A DNA stretch of 63,542 nucleotides, the filler included, from Kipferlia bialata (lineage: Eukaryota), in assembly GCA_003568945.1 (NCBI GenBank). It is 5 parts of 5 records of this genome, joined end to end, with 100 filler letters (N's around TTAATTAATTAA, not from the genome) between each part and the next. Parts side by side here need not be neighbours in the genome. Positions count along the whole stretch, not along the records: positions 17,112 to 29,056 come from BDIP01000556.1; positions 29,157 to 42,328 come from BDIP01000557.1; 3 more parts are not named here. One strand, given 5' to 3'. Positions 25,832-39,547 of this stretch are shown in pieces. The notes beneath the pieces were generated by a model. The model saw nothing but the letters and a program-made list of their open reading frames with translations, made no database searches and was not told where the DNA came from. The translations under genes were made by a program, and so were the position numbers. Position 1 is the stretch's first letter. Every line of letters starts with the position of its first letter.

Positions 25832-27803
25832 TCAGGGAGCCTCCAGGTCTGCAATAATGCGTCGAAGCATATATACATCGTCTGCGTGCTCCATAACGGG
25901 ATATACATGACGCGTCGCCTTCTGTTCTTGGGTGACATCACTCCAGTCTCTCTTGGACAAGAGTACAATCCTCTTGAGTAGAGGAGGCCAGTGGACTTTC
26001 GAGTTGTAACGGAGGGGGCGCCATCTGTCCCCAACGCCTTGGCAGAGCCCAAAGTCGATCAGTCTGACCTCCACCCTATACCCCATGTCCACTCTGATCA
26101 TGATGTTGGGGGTGCGAAGGTCACCAAAGACAACGTCCTGGCTCTCCAGAACTGAGACAATGCGGGTAAGACCGTCGATGATGTCAGGGATGACAGAAGC
26201 CCTTCGCGTCAACAGGGGACGATAGTAATGTACCGCCTCAAAGAGGGTGCAGAACCCATCCTCATAGAGGTCCTCCATCACTAATACATGAAGCTCACTG
26301 CCACAGCACAGTGGGAAGTCGTAAAACACCATAGGGGCCATCTGCTCATGGGCGAGAAACGCCTGGGTGACAGTGTCGTTGTAACGTGTCACCTTGACGA
26401 TAACATGTCCGTGGCTGACGTGGATACCCCTATACACACCACGAGAAATACACTCAAGAAGACTAATTGGATCACTGTCTGCTTTAGGGGTCTCCGTGCC
26501 ATCAAGTGCCGTCATGCCTTCTACCCCGCGATGCTGAAGGTGAGGCGGCATAGAGAGATGAAGCAGATACAATGGGTACGAGAGAAACGCAAGTAAACAT
26601 AGAACAGTATGCCCAAAGATACCTCTGGGTCCCTCAGGACAATATGGGGTAAGAGCAAGTAACGCTGATGGGTAGCACTGTCCACCAGAGGTGTGGCCTG
26701 GAGTCTCTGTATCATCTGGCGCTCATGGTATACGATATCGGCGGCACAGGTGAAGAGTGCGAACAGGCCACTCATCACTTCCTCAGTATTGTCAGGCCTG
26801 GTGTCCTGGGGCCCTGTGAGACGGATAGTACCAAGCTCCTGAGAATAGAGCTTGTCGAGAATGACAGAACCTCGAACAACCACTCGGCATTCTGATATGG
26901 TGCACAGGAAGCGTGGCATCGTAGAATACTCTATCTGATTGTCGTCGAGACAGTTCACACGCCGGAGATGGTAAAACAGTCCCTGTTTATCGGGATCTGT
27001 GTCCCCGGCCCCCTTCTCCTTCTTAACCTCACAGAACACAGAAGTGATGTGATCAATGCACGTCTCAGGAGCGGAGAGCACTCTGCCTTGAATCCCCTCC
27101 CCAATTTCAATGTCAACGATGCTCTTTCCGGGGCTACCCCTGTCTAACACCTCCAACACATTGGCTCTCTCATACATCGTACAGATAGCGTTGAGAATGT
27201 CTTTGAAGGACTTCACCAGATTCTCTGTGACGCCAGGGTCCCTTCCTTCCCCCTTCTGAGTCTCTGAGCTGTACATGGCTGAAGCTGCATTCATCAGATT
27301 CACCACCGCCACTCTGTAGTGGGCATACTCCCTCAGATCCAGCTGCTTTCGGTTCTGGAAATCGGCAAAGACAGAGTGGTAGGCCTCTAGAGGGAGATCC
27401 TTGGTCCTTGGTCCTTGGACCCGACGGCTGTTACGCACAGAGGAGAGCTCTGTGGACATCTTCAACTGATGCTCCCAGCCTCCTGCGAGACTCTCCTCAG
27501 TACTGCAGGACCCGGCAGCCATGCTAGGGGTTGGTGTCTCCATACACATGGCACGAATGTCCAAAAAGGCCTTCTCTCGCCTCTCTCGGAGCTGCAGGAG
27601 ATGCCCGTCCGGTAGCCTACTCAGCAGAAAGGCTTGCTCCCTCCTATTCTTCTTCTCTTCCTTATCCATACGTGGACACACATAGACATCGTCAAGGTCT
27701 CCATCGTCAAGATCCCCCACCAAGTATGGTACTCGCTCATGTAGAGAGCTGGGTCTCTGAGTGCGATACTGAGCCATACTTGTCGGGGTGATAACACTCA
27801 CAC
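25832..27803 (-). CDS. Crinkler-like effector architecture: PD-(D/E)xK restriction-endonuclease-like domain fused to a protein-kinase-like domain; 5' exons unresolved
   Basis: SIVDIEIG...FCEVKKEKGAGDTDPDKQGLFYH (D..ExK..DPxxQxxxY) and PRFLCTI...VRGSV; phase-0 intron 26534-26622; kinase VIVK, LVMEDL, VVFGDLRTPNIMI, VRLIDFG, WPP, DDVYML. Confidence 0.75.
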
Positions 27804-28790
27804 CTGAAGTAGACAGCAGGAGTGACCAAGGGTGGGCTTGACATGAGAGGGGTCAAGAGAGGATGTGGAGAGAGGATGGTGAGTACACACGGTATGCGAA
27901 AAGAAACATGGAAGAGTAATCAATCATTGATGATCAATGCACGGGGACAGTAGAGGACACACACCTTGAGGAGACCTCAGTATCAGTGTCAGTATAGAGC
28001 AGGTGTATTTGTGGTTCTATGCTAGAGTTGGTATCTGTCAGAAATAGAGGAGAGAGGGGGTAGGGGGGGGATGAAGAGGCATATGATATGAGGGAACCGA
28101 AGAGACAGAGATTTTATGTATATCCAATGACAAGACAGAGATGTTATGTGTACTATTGGGGGGGGGGGGGGGTAGATACATATGGGATGTTATGTGTATC
28201 CAATGGGAGTAAGTGTGCAGGGTGGGTGAGAGTGAGACCCCCTAGACAGAGAGAGAATGAGAGTGGTATGGTTTCGCGTCACACGGGGATAGAGTGTGTG
28301 TGATTGGTATGACAGTTGGTATGACAGTTGGTATGAGAGTTACACAAAGAGAGAGAGACAGGCCATACGCTGCAAGGACATGGAAGATTCAACATACCTT
28401 CTGGACAGCTCTAGGATATGATTGGATTTGATTGGATTCGGGAGGCTCCTGGCGGGTGGGGCTACCCTAGGGTTATGGACACCATGCGAGATAGTGGGAA
28501 GGAGAATAGACATAAGAACCTGAGCGTATAGTGCAACAGTATCAGTATCAGTATACTACGGGTCAGACTGTGGAGTGATGGTGGGGGAGGGTGTAGGCAA
28601 GGCAGACAGAGAAGACCTATCTTAGTATTCAAGAACGTCTACGCACACCTGTGATAGCCTGAAAGAAGGAGTGTAGTCTCAAGAGAATGACAGGTTCCAC
28701 GGTGGAACTTCCACCCTTTTGGTGTGCTCAAAAGTGTGACCACCAGAGTATGGATTCTTCACTCTCCACCACATACTCGCCACCGACGGG

Positions 28791-28977
28791 ATGGACCCCT
28801 CTGCATACGTCAAGGAAGTGCAGTGTCATGAGGTTAGCTGGATGCTATCTGGTTGGTATCTAAAGGGTCCCTCTGCTCACGAGACCCCCGTGGTTAGTAC
28901 CCTGTGAGTCTCTCTCCCCCTGTCCCACCGCCAGGATGCTGTGTGGAAGAGCGCCGCCCCAGACACCTACCTGTTAG
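28791..28977 (+). CDS. First two exons of a gene truncated by the contig end (weakly WD40-like)
   Basis: MDPSAYVKEVQCHE|DAVWKSAAPDTYLL| with canonical GT/AG sites; HEDAVW resembles a WD40 start, but the fragment is short. Confidence 0.35.
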
Positions 28978-29056
28978 GTATGTCTACCTTACATCCCCCC
29001 CCCCCCCCACCCCCCCCCCCCCCCCCCCACCCCCCCCCCCCCCCCCCCCCCCCCCC

Positions 29057-29156
29057 NNNNNNNNNNNNNNNNNNNNNNNNNNNNNNNNNNNNNNNNNNNN
29101 TTAATTAATTAANNNNNNNNNNNNNNNNNNNNNNNNNNNNNNNNNNNNNNNNNNNN
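29057..29156. other. Artificial contig-join linker
   Basis: N-TTAATTAATTAA-N. Confidence 0.95.
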
Positions 29157-29159
29157 TGT

Positions 29160-29190
<31 letters not shown>

Positions 29191-29205
29191 GTTCTTACAT
29201 CTCAG

Positions 29206-30624
29206 ACACCGCCTCCCCCTTTGTCTTCACCCCCTGTCAGCATGTGTTCCACAAGGAATGCCTCAGCCACTGGCTCAACAAGAGTATGTTAACACACACA
29301 CACACATAAATTTATATTATATAAATATATATATAATTTATATTATATAAATATATATAATTTATATTATATAAATATATATGTATATATACTGAGAAGA
29401 GTGTCTTCAAAATGTATATGGAGTCTATATGCATGTAATCACCTGCAGTGATGGATGACTACACCAAGACCAACTCCAATATGCAAGTAAACACATGATG
29501 TTGTATGAATATTTATATGAACTATATATATATATAGTATTCTCCTCATACTTATGTGCAGTGATGGATGACTACAACAAGACCAACTCCACCTGTCCCG
29601 AGTGCATGAGGGAGTGTGACATGGACAAGTGCTTAGATATACTGGGGCAGGTATATCACCACCAAGTATATATACATAGTGATACATAGATAATATGTAG
29701 ATTAGTATTATCATGTATATGTGTGTACCCAGATCAATGTGACATATTCTTTCACTCTTTCTCTCGCTCTCTCTCTCTCTACCCTCACTATAGGACAACA
29801 ATCCGTATATTTGTATGTATATTTGTATGTATATTTGTGTGTATATTTGTATGTATATTTGTATGTGTATTAGTGTGTATATGTATAACATCAGGACAAC
29901 ACATAAGTATAACATTACACATAAGTATAACATCAGGACAACAACCCGTCCCACCTAGCCCATGTGTATATATATCCCACTCTTAGAGGACCTCTCTATA
30001 TATGTGTGTGTATATATTTAACATCAGGACAACAACCCGTCCCACCTTTCTGGTCATGAGGACACAGACATGGAGACTGGGGAGGGAGCGGGAGAGGGAG
30101 AGGGAGAGGATGCTCAACCAGGTAAAGATATGTACCATATACCGCTATATCTGCTGCATATTCCACTTCTCCCACCCCTTCTTGCCATAAGTCTCTCCCT
30201 TATATATATATGGTATTTTTTCATATCCCTCTTCCCACTCAGCATGGTCAGTTAGCATCACTATCGGGATGTCGCAATGCTCGTAACAGTATGATTGTAG
30301 TGTATATAGTAGGCATGCTCACTCCAGTCTCCACCCTGGCCCTGAGGAGTCAGTTTGAGAGGGTCAGGGTACAGCTGGAGGAGCCAGGGGCAGGTATATT
30401 ATGTCTCTCATATACTGTGGTTATGATTATGAATATTTGTATTGAATATAGGTGTACTTTCTTACGCCCAGGTGTTGCCAGGGGTCTGAAGACACGTATA
30501 TTGTATATATATTCCTTCATACTCATTCTGTTGTATGCACTGTTTGTCCTTACCCGTCAGGTGTTGCCAGGGCCCTCAAGACACTGGCCGAGATGGCAGG
30601 GAGAGGTACGTATGTCACCATATA

Positions 30625-30666
<42 letters not shown>

Positions 30667-32789
30667 TGTCATTATTTTTTATATATTCTCTAAATTTATA
30701 TATGGAAACATTCACTCAAGACACTGGCCGAGATGGCAGGAAGAGGTGTGTCACAATGTATGTATAGGAGAGATCTAGATATTCTCTAAGTAAATATATG
30801 TTAGAATTCACTATGAAGACACTGGCCGAGATGGCAGGGAGAGGTACGGAACTCTTGTATGTATTTGTTCTGAGTGCTGACTATCTGTCTCTCTCTCTCT
30901 CCCTATACATTCTATCAAACTATCAGACGATGACTCTGCCACATTACTGTCCCATTGATCTCTCTCCCCCCCCCCCCCATATGTATATATATATTGTACT
31001 AGTATACATGTATAAGTACCTTCTAACCCCAGACGATGACTCTGCCACCCTGTTGTCCCTGGGGTCACACCTGCTGGTGGTCAGGGCACTCAAGGTATAG
31101 AATGTATATATACATATAGATAGATAGATGGATAGAGAGATATGTATTCATATATATATATATATATATGTATATGTGTGTATATATATGGATCTGCTGC
31201 TGGTGGTCAGGGCACTCAAGGTATTAGACATGTAAGTCATGGATATAGAGGTTAAAATATAGATAAAGATATAAAGAGATGCATGTACTTGATGGTGGTC
31301 AGGGCACTCAAGTAATATGAGTATATACTCATATTTAGATATAGATATATATGTATACATATAGATACACATACTTATATAATTGCAAGTATGTATCACC
31401 TGCTGGTGGTCAGGGCACTCAAGGTATAGAATACAACATGGATATAGTACAAACTCTCTCTGTATATACGTGTGTGTGTGTGTGTGTGTGTGACTCCCGG
31501 CCTACCCCTCCAATGCCAAGGTATTCATAATAACTTCCATATCTGTATATATATTTATATTGATATATATTGATAAGTGACTCTGGCATTCACTCCAGGC
31601 CTACCCCTCCAATGCCAAGATAGCTGCATCGGCAGCTGGTGTCACATGGATCATGTCATCGGGAGGTATCTAGATACATACACACACACATTCACACACG
31701 AATTTATATTAATGGTATGGTGTGACGTATATCATGTCGTCGGGAGGTATATGCATACTTGATATATACTAAACCTGTTCTTTCTCTCTGGTATACCTCT
31801 ATCTTTTGACTGCCTCTGGTGTCTCAACTAGCACAGACAACCGCATTCGTATATCTGGTTGTTCTTCTCTTACCTCAGGCCCCGAGTGCAAGAAGGCCCT
31901 GTTGGACGCTGGGATACTCAGACTGCTGCAGGTACTCTCTCTCTCTCTCTCTCTTAATGTTATATTCCTCATCTCACTCATTCTATGAGTTTCCTTACCC
32001 AAGAGCTGTCTGATCTTATTATCTACATACCAGGAGGTCCATTTCCATCTCTCTCTCTCTCTCTCCCCCCCTATGTATATACTGTATTTACAATTGCATC
32101 TAACCCCAGACCTCCCTCACCACCCACTCCACCGACCAGGAGGTCTAGCTTTCTCTATATAGAATCATATATAGATATTTCAATATTTACATATATTTCC
32201 AGTCTCTCTCTCATACTTCTGTATCCTTAACCCCAGACCTCCCTCACCACCCACTCCACCGACCAGGAGGTCCTGATCCCAAGCATGATCACACTCAACA
32301 ACCTGTCCATAGATGGTATGTAGACTGGTAATGTGTAAATACGCCTCTATAGTTGAACTCTCATATATATATATACTATTCACTCTTCCGTCACACTCAC
32401 CAACCTCTCCATAGAAGGTATGTAGCAATACTACAATGATTCCATATTTCCACTATTGTATAGTTCAGACAAAATACCTATATATAAAGAATTTACCTTT
32501 TACATATCCTCCTCACCCCTCAGACCCTGAGTGTATTAATGCCATGTATGAGATGGGGGTCCACACCGTGCTCATAGTCGTATGTCAGGTACTATATACT
32601 ATACTTATATACTATAGACCGGTACTACTTTTATACTATAGAGAGGTGTATACTACTTGTTGTATACAATAAGTCATGAGTATGTATATATATTTATATG
32701 TGTGTGTGTGAATACTATGTATCCTCTCTCTCTCCCCCCCCCCCCAGGCCAATGTGGACCATGACTCTCTCTCTCTATATATATATATA

Positions 32790-32826
<37 letters not shown>

Positions 32827-35800
32827 ACATATATATATATATATAACCCCAGGCCAATGTGGACCATGAGCTGGTGGCCAAGTCGGCCTGTGAGGTGTTG
32901 GGAAACATGACATCCGTAGGTATTACAGCCTTGATATTTCACAAGTCCGCTGTATATGTAAACTATATATATGCAGATGTATATATATGTGTTCATACGA
33001 ATATATATATGGTGTTGGGAAACATGACATGCAGAGGTATCTCTACCAGAGTGAATGTCCCTCTCCATACCATTATCAACCTTACCAACGTCCACACCTT
33101 CTCTCTCTCACACTCTATTGTTCTGGGATCATGTCCTAGTAGTAGACTACCAACTCACTGTAACTACACTGTGTATACTCTTACCCCAGACCTCTCGTCC
33201 CGCCCTAGCCTGGTGTCGATAGAGATGGCGGCCTTCCTCACATTCTGCCTACATGCATACGGGTAAGTGTATATATACATAGATACATATGTTTGTACAT
33301 AGACACCACTATATACATAAGTATTGAGGTTTCAGCCTTCCTCACATTCTGCCACATGCATACGGGTAAGTATATATATACATAGATATATAGATAGATA
33401 TGTTTATACATAGACATCACTATATATACATAAGTATTGCTCCCCCTACACCCTTAATGCACAGAGAGGACCAGGAGTTCACCTCCATTGCACTGAGCGT
33501 CATGGTCAACTGTGTGTGCGAAGGTATACACTTCCCATCATACATGTTCACAATATATATGTATGTATATATGTTCACAGTATTTGTGTATGAACGTCAT
33601 TGGAAACTGCGTGTGCGCATGTATCGTGATAGCAACTATTTCTAGTGTTCATTATGTACTATTGTCAATCTGACCTCCCAGCTGCCTTACTCCCCCATAT
33701 TGTATTCCATTTATATGTATTGTATCATATATATATGTATATATAGCCATCTCTCACCTCCCAGCTACCTTCCTCCCCCATATGGTTGGCTCCCTTGCAC
33801 ACGTGTTTGCACTCAGGGCTATACAGGTATGGTGATGGTATCGAAGTATAGTGCTCTATAGTAATATGTAGTAGTATAATATGTAATAGCGATTGGCTTG
33901 CCCACGTGTTTGCACTCAGGGCTATCCAGGTGAGATATGCAGTAGTATACATTGTATTGTTATATGTATGAAACTATTTGTATAGTTACTTCCCACGTGT
34001 TTGCACTCAGGGCTATTCAGCTTAGTATATATCCATATGTATGTGTATGTATATACTTACCCCTAGGAGTACCCCGGCTCCTGTGAGGTTGTGACCAAGG
34101 CTATTATAGTGCTGACAGCAATGAGTCACGTGGCAGACGTGGGAGGTTTGTATATACAACACAATATATATCATATGCTGTATACTGTATCTGAATGGAT
34201 GGCCTCTCTCGATACTATGTATCATATCACGTGGGGGGCGTGCGAGGTATGACCTACGTATAGCCTGTCTGATCATAACTAGTACTACACTGACTATATA
34301 TATACTATACTGTATGACTATCCAAAACGTTCTACTGTATACTATACAAACACTGATATCAAACTAATTTCACCCTCACTTCTAGAGGTCATCCCCCGTG
34401 TCCGTTATGACTCTTTCCCCGTTTCTCTCTCTCTCTCTCTCTGTCTATGTATATATACATGTACACTAGTCATACATTCCCCCTCTCACTCCAAGATGAC
34501 TTCCGCCGTGTCCTCTATGACTGTGGCACAGGGTCTGTGTTGGTCAACACACTGCAGGTATGCATGTAGTCACTAATATATACTTGTGTACTAATATACT
34601 TGTAGAGTAATACATGTACATACTGGCATTGACGGTGGCACAGTGCCTGTCCTGGTCAGGTGGCTGGTCACACTGCAGGTATGTACTATATATAGTAACT
34701 GTATATATAGTAAGTACTGTATTTGTGTAATAGTAAGTAATGTATTTGTGGTCAACACACTGCAGGTACGTAGTATACTCTACACATACTATATACATGC
34801 TATTAGACACTCCATGTACGTATACTCTAGACATACTATATACATGCTATCAGACACCCTCAGATAGTAGTCAGGACACTATATGTACATGTATAGTAAC
34901 CTCTGTGTTTCTATATACCATTAGACACAACACTTTTACAGTTGTTGTTTTTCTATTCACTTGCCCATATCATTACCTCATTATGAAACTCTCTCCCGTG
35001 TGTTAATGAATCTATTCTAAATATTCATATACTAATTCCAACATGACTGTCCTGACACTTATACATATGTCCATAACCTGACTGCGTGTGTGAGTCTACT
35101 ATATATATATGTATTGTGTGAGTATGTATCTAATATATATTTCAACATGTCTGACACTTAGGCATATGTCCATGACCTGACTGTGTGTGAGCTATGTGTT
35201 GAGTGCATGGGTGAAATATGCCTGGCAGGTATTACATGTGATATATATGGTATCTATGATGTCTATGATATATATGATATAGGTATATCATCTAATGAAA
35301 TTTGCCTAGCAGGTATTACACTACTATATTCGTGATGCATGCATGATAGTCATACATGTATATACTTGATAGTACATATTGGTGGATATATATTGCGTGT
35401 ATGGATATCTATTGAGTGTATGGGTACCTTATACATGTCCGTAGTGTATGTAAGATGTGTGTATGGGACATGTCCAGCAGTGTTGCGTTATATTTACTCT
35501 CTATAAATGCTCAATTATGTATAGTATAGCGAATATATTTATTTGTATATATATCTCACCCTCACCCTTCAGATGGAGTCCAATATATGTATAATGGGTA
35601 TTATGAATGTATATACTTATGTATAGTATAGTAGTATATGTATATATCTATATAACCTCACCCTTCAGATGGAGTCGAGGCCAGTATGGCAGCTCTGGGG
35701 TGTCCAGCGGCGGCAGTAGAGGTAATAGGACACTAACCCTAATAGGGCACACTCTCTATTAAAATATCTATCGACATATGATGTATCATTTCTTTGTTAC

Positions 35801-38800
35801 CTTCCCTTCATCTTTCTCACGATATCCCTTTCTCTCTTTCTTTCTTTCTATCACCCCATGCACCACCAACCTCTTTCTCTTTGTCTCTCACTATATATCT
35901 TACCCCAGGCCCTCACCCCACCTCTGTACTGCTGTTCTTGTGTATATGTATATGTATACTCTATTTACACACGTGCATTGTGTGCCCTCTCTGTACATTC
36001 TACATACTCTTCCCCCAGGCCACCACCCACCCCACCTCTGTACTGTACCTAATATGGATACTATATATATATTCCTATTTTACCTACATTGCTTTACTCT
36101 CATTTCAGGCCCTGACCACCCACCCTGCCTCTGTGATGTTGGCTGAGAATGTGGGCAGGCTCATAGGGCTGCTCTGCCACGGAGGTACGGCTGTATACAT
36201 GTACAAGTACATATTAATATCTAATGATACGTTATTGAACTTCATACGCATTTGAGAATAATGTATGAAATATATGTTAATACTCAATCCAGGTGAAGAC
36301 GTGTCCAGCAAGATTGTCCTTGAGAATGGCATTGTGCCACACATACTCAGACACCTCAGGGAGGACGTGAGGTATATACAGTAGTGTCTATATACGTACA
36401 CACATCTTCACATATCAGTGTCTATGGGGAGTTGAAGCTACAGTTTCGTTATCTACTCACCTTAGTGCGATTGCCATAGCCGGCAACAACCCTGATGCCA
36501 CCGAGACTACTCTGCCCCCTGCTACAGACACAGACGCACCCATGGACACTAATCCAATGAGTGCAGGCACTAATCTAATAGAAACCGAGTTGAGGGCCAG
36601 CGGGGTGGTGAGGAGAGATATTGAGGGCCAGGACCCCAAGGAAGCCCTCCTCGAGATGAGGTATGTATACATAGAGTATATCGTGTCTGTGTATCTCCCT
36701 CTCTCTCTTGTTATATCTCTCTCCCTCTACCCCCTTATTCCCAGGGTGCAGATGCTGGGGGCCCTGTGCCTGTTGGCCAGAGGAGGTATGTTGATATGTA
36801 TATGTATAGGGTATGTATCTTTTGTGATGACCAGGTGGTATATATACAGTGTATTATGCACTCACACCAGCTGATATCAACAGCATGATGTACGACCTCG
36901 ACGTTCATACAACGGCAACCAACTACCTCAAGGTGCCGTATATGCCTATGTTTATACATGTACTAGATGTATAATAGTGATATGCTTTGTAATGATACTG
37001 TTAGCTACACTTCCTTTAGTGTGTATGTCTGGTGAACCTCATTTCTAAGAGGTCCCTGGAAACCCCGGTGTAAATCTGTACTCTATCTCTGTGTGTTGTA
37101 TATATACTGTATGCTGTACGTTGCAGTCTAAATGTCAGGAGTACCCCAGCCACCTAGGTGTCAACCAGTACGCCATAGGCATCATATGCAACATGGCATA
37201 TGAAGGCATGTCCATGCATAGTTCAACGTGGAGACACATATTCTCTCTCTTTCTCTCTCTCTCTCTCTCCCCCTCACTCTCTCCTTCTGCACCCTTAATG
37301 TCCAGACAAGGAGTGCAACCCAGCTCTGTTCAACATGGAGACATATGCACTGCTGGAGAAGAGGCTGACAAACAACAAGATGTACGGAGTGTAGTCATAT
37401 TCTAGCCTCTCCTCTTCATAATTCCTACCTTACCCTCAGGCGTACCCCAGAAGTGCTGGATGCCATCCTGAGTTGCATCAGTAACCTTGTGGAGCACGGT
37501 GAGTAAACTACATATACTTGTATATATACTTACCGTATAATAGAGTAGTGTCATTACGCGTGTACATATATACTTGTATAACTGTATTGTAGTAACCTGG
37601 TGGAGCACGGTGAGTATACTATAGTAATGCCGTTAGGCGTACAAGGTCTTTAAACTCTTCATTAGATTTCAATAATACTGTGAGATTCCTTGGTCCTTGG
37701 TAGATGTACCGCCTGGAATATGTGTTGATGACTGGGTTTCCTTCTCATTTATAGCCCCTGGGCCTGTACATATATATAGTTGTATTTCTCCACCTATAAC
37801 CTCAAGTATCTCACCCTAGAGCCCAATGTATATGTGTATACCTGTACCTATATCCCCACATATCTCACCTTAGAGCCACTGAGACAGTATGTATATATGT
37901 ATACCTGTACCTATATCCCCACATATCTCACCTTAGAGCCACTGAGACAGCCCATGTACGACAGAGACCTACACGTCCATGTGCTCAAGACACTCGAGGT
38001 ATGAGTATATACAATATATATGTATAAATACAATATATACTGCTATATCACTGTATACTGAGGATAATCAGCTGCATCTTCACCCTACTATGAGTATTGA
38101 TCACTATGTATGTATGTTTGTTTCATACTCGCACTCACACCAGGAGTTCCCCGACTTCCAGATAGCCATGGGCGGCATGGACATACTCTACAGCCTCAGC
38201 ACAGCAGGTATACCAAGTAGTAACGACAGACTAATTCATATGTATTGCTGCACATAAATGTATTGGTACACTTGGCCATGTAATATTATAGCGTGTGATC
38301 CCCCAGTTGTAACATACTATCTGGACTGTGTATATATAGTGGCATCAAGCAGTGAGCCTGTCAACTGGTGTATCATACATATCCTCCTATAGCACATACC
38401 GCTCTACATCTACACTAGCTGTTATCTGGTACACACTGCCTTCTCTTCAATACTAAACCCAGTCTCTGTGTTTCCATCATACTGACTCTATCATCCCAAC
38501 CCCAGCCGCTGCCCGTCAGACAACCCAGCCTCTCTATATTCATTGTTCTATATGTATATATTCATATATTCATATATATATACACGTAGTTGTGTCTAAC
38601 CCCCAGTCTCTGCCCGTCAGATTGGCATTGTGGCAGCTGGGGCAGTGCCCATCATTCTCAGGACACTCAAGGTATATATCATATACTACAATACTATGAA
38701 CAGTGTTAAGTATACAGTGTGTTTGGTAAATGTCTAGGTCACCTCTCTATGTATACACTACCCTACTCACCCTAGAACCATGGGACCGATGCCAAGGTTG

Positions 38801-39547
38801 CCAAGGACGGGCTGAGGGCACTAGCCAACCTGGCAGAGGCCGGTGAGTATATGCATGTACCAGTGTATACACACATTCATGCATATATGTGACTATCTAT
38901 ATATACATATCTCTATGGGGGCTGATACTGGCCCACCTGGAAGATGCTGGTATACTGTCATATTGCAGAGAACATATATATTAAGATATATGTATATATG
39001 AGGCCCCCCGACCAACCATGCCACATTTACTGACACTATTCGCCAGTGAGTTGAGATCTCTATCGACGACACAATTGAACTGGCATGTATAGCTCCCTCA
39101 TCTCTCTCTCTCTCTCTCCCTCATACCAGTTGAGAACCGCCCCTACATGCGCTCTCTGTGTGTACTGTCCACAGTGCATGGGGTCAGGGGCCTCAGGGTG
39201 CTGGACTCAGTCAAGACAGTCACGCAGGTAACTACGCGATGTGTAGAGTATAGATCATTTACTTATATACCAATATGAATATGAGTTACCTACACATGGC
39301 CATTATACATATTGTTCTAACCCAAGCCCGCTCAGATATATATCTTACACGATGTGTATATTATTTTTGTGTATATGTATATATTTATCGTGTCTGACCC
39401 CCAGGCCCACTCTGACATATCTCATACACGATGTGTATATAGTGTATATATGTATATATTTGTATACATATATAATGTCTGACCCAGGCCCACTCTGATG
39501 AGGACATCCATGCAGCTGGTCTGAGGGTCAAGGAGTACCTGAAGTAG
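29206..39547 (+). CDS. RING-H2 + armadillo-repeat protein (putative E3 ubiquitin ligase), many short exons, 5' truncated
   Basis: PCQHVFHKECLSHWLNK...TCPECMR (RING-H2). ARM-like units: ECKKALLDAGILRLL, LVAKSACEVLGNMT, IVLENGIVPHIL, YAIGIICNMA, IVAAGAVPIILRTLK, VAKDGLRALANLAEA. Ends ...RVKEYLK* (TAG 39545-39547). Confidence 0.8.

Noticed and set aside
28995..29056. Poly-C/poly-G runs at contig ends as telomeres or G-quadruplex elements
   Set aside because: Homopolymers that broke the assembly; similar runs occur inside introns and there is no telomeric unit.
31148..35006. Many short Tyr/Ile-rich ORFs (YIYIY...)
   Set aside because: Translations of TA microsatellite intron filler.
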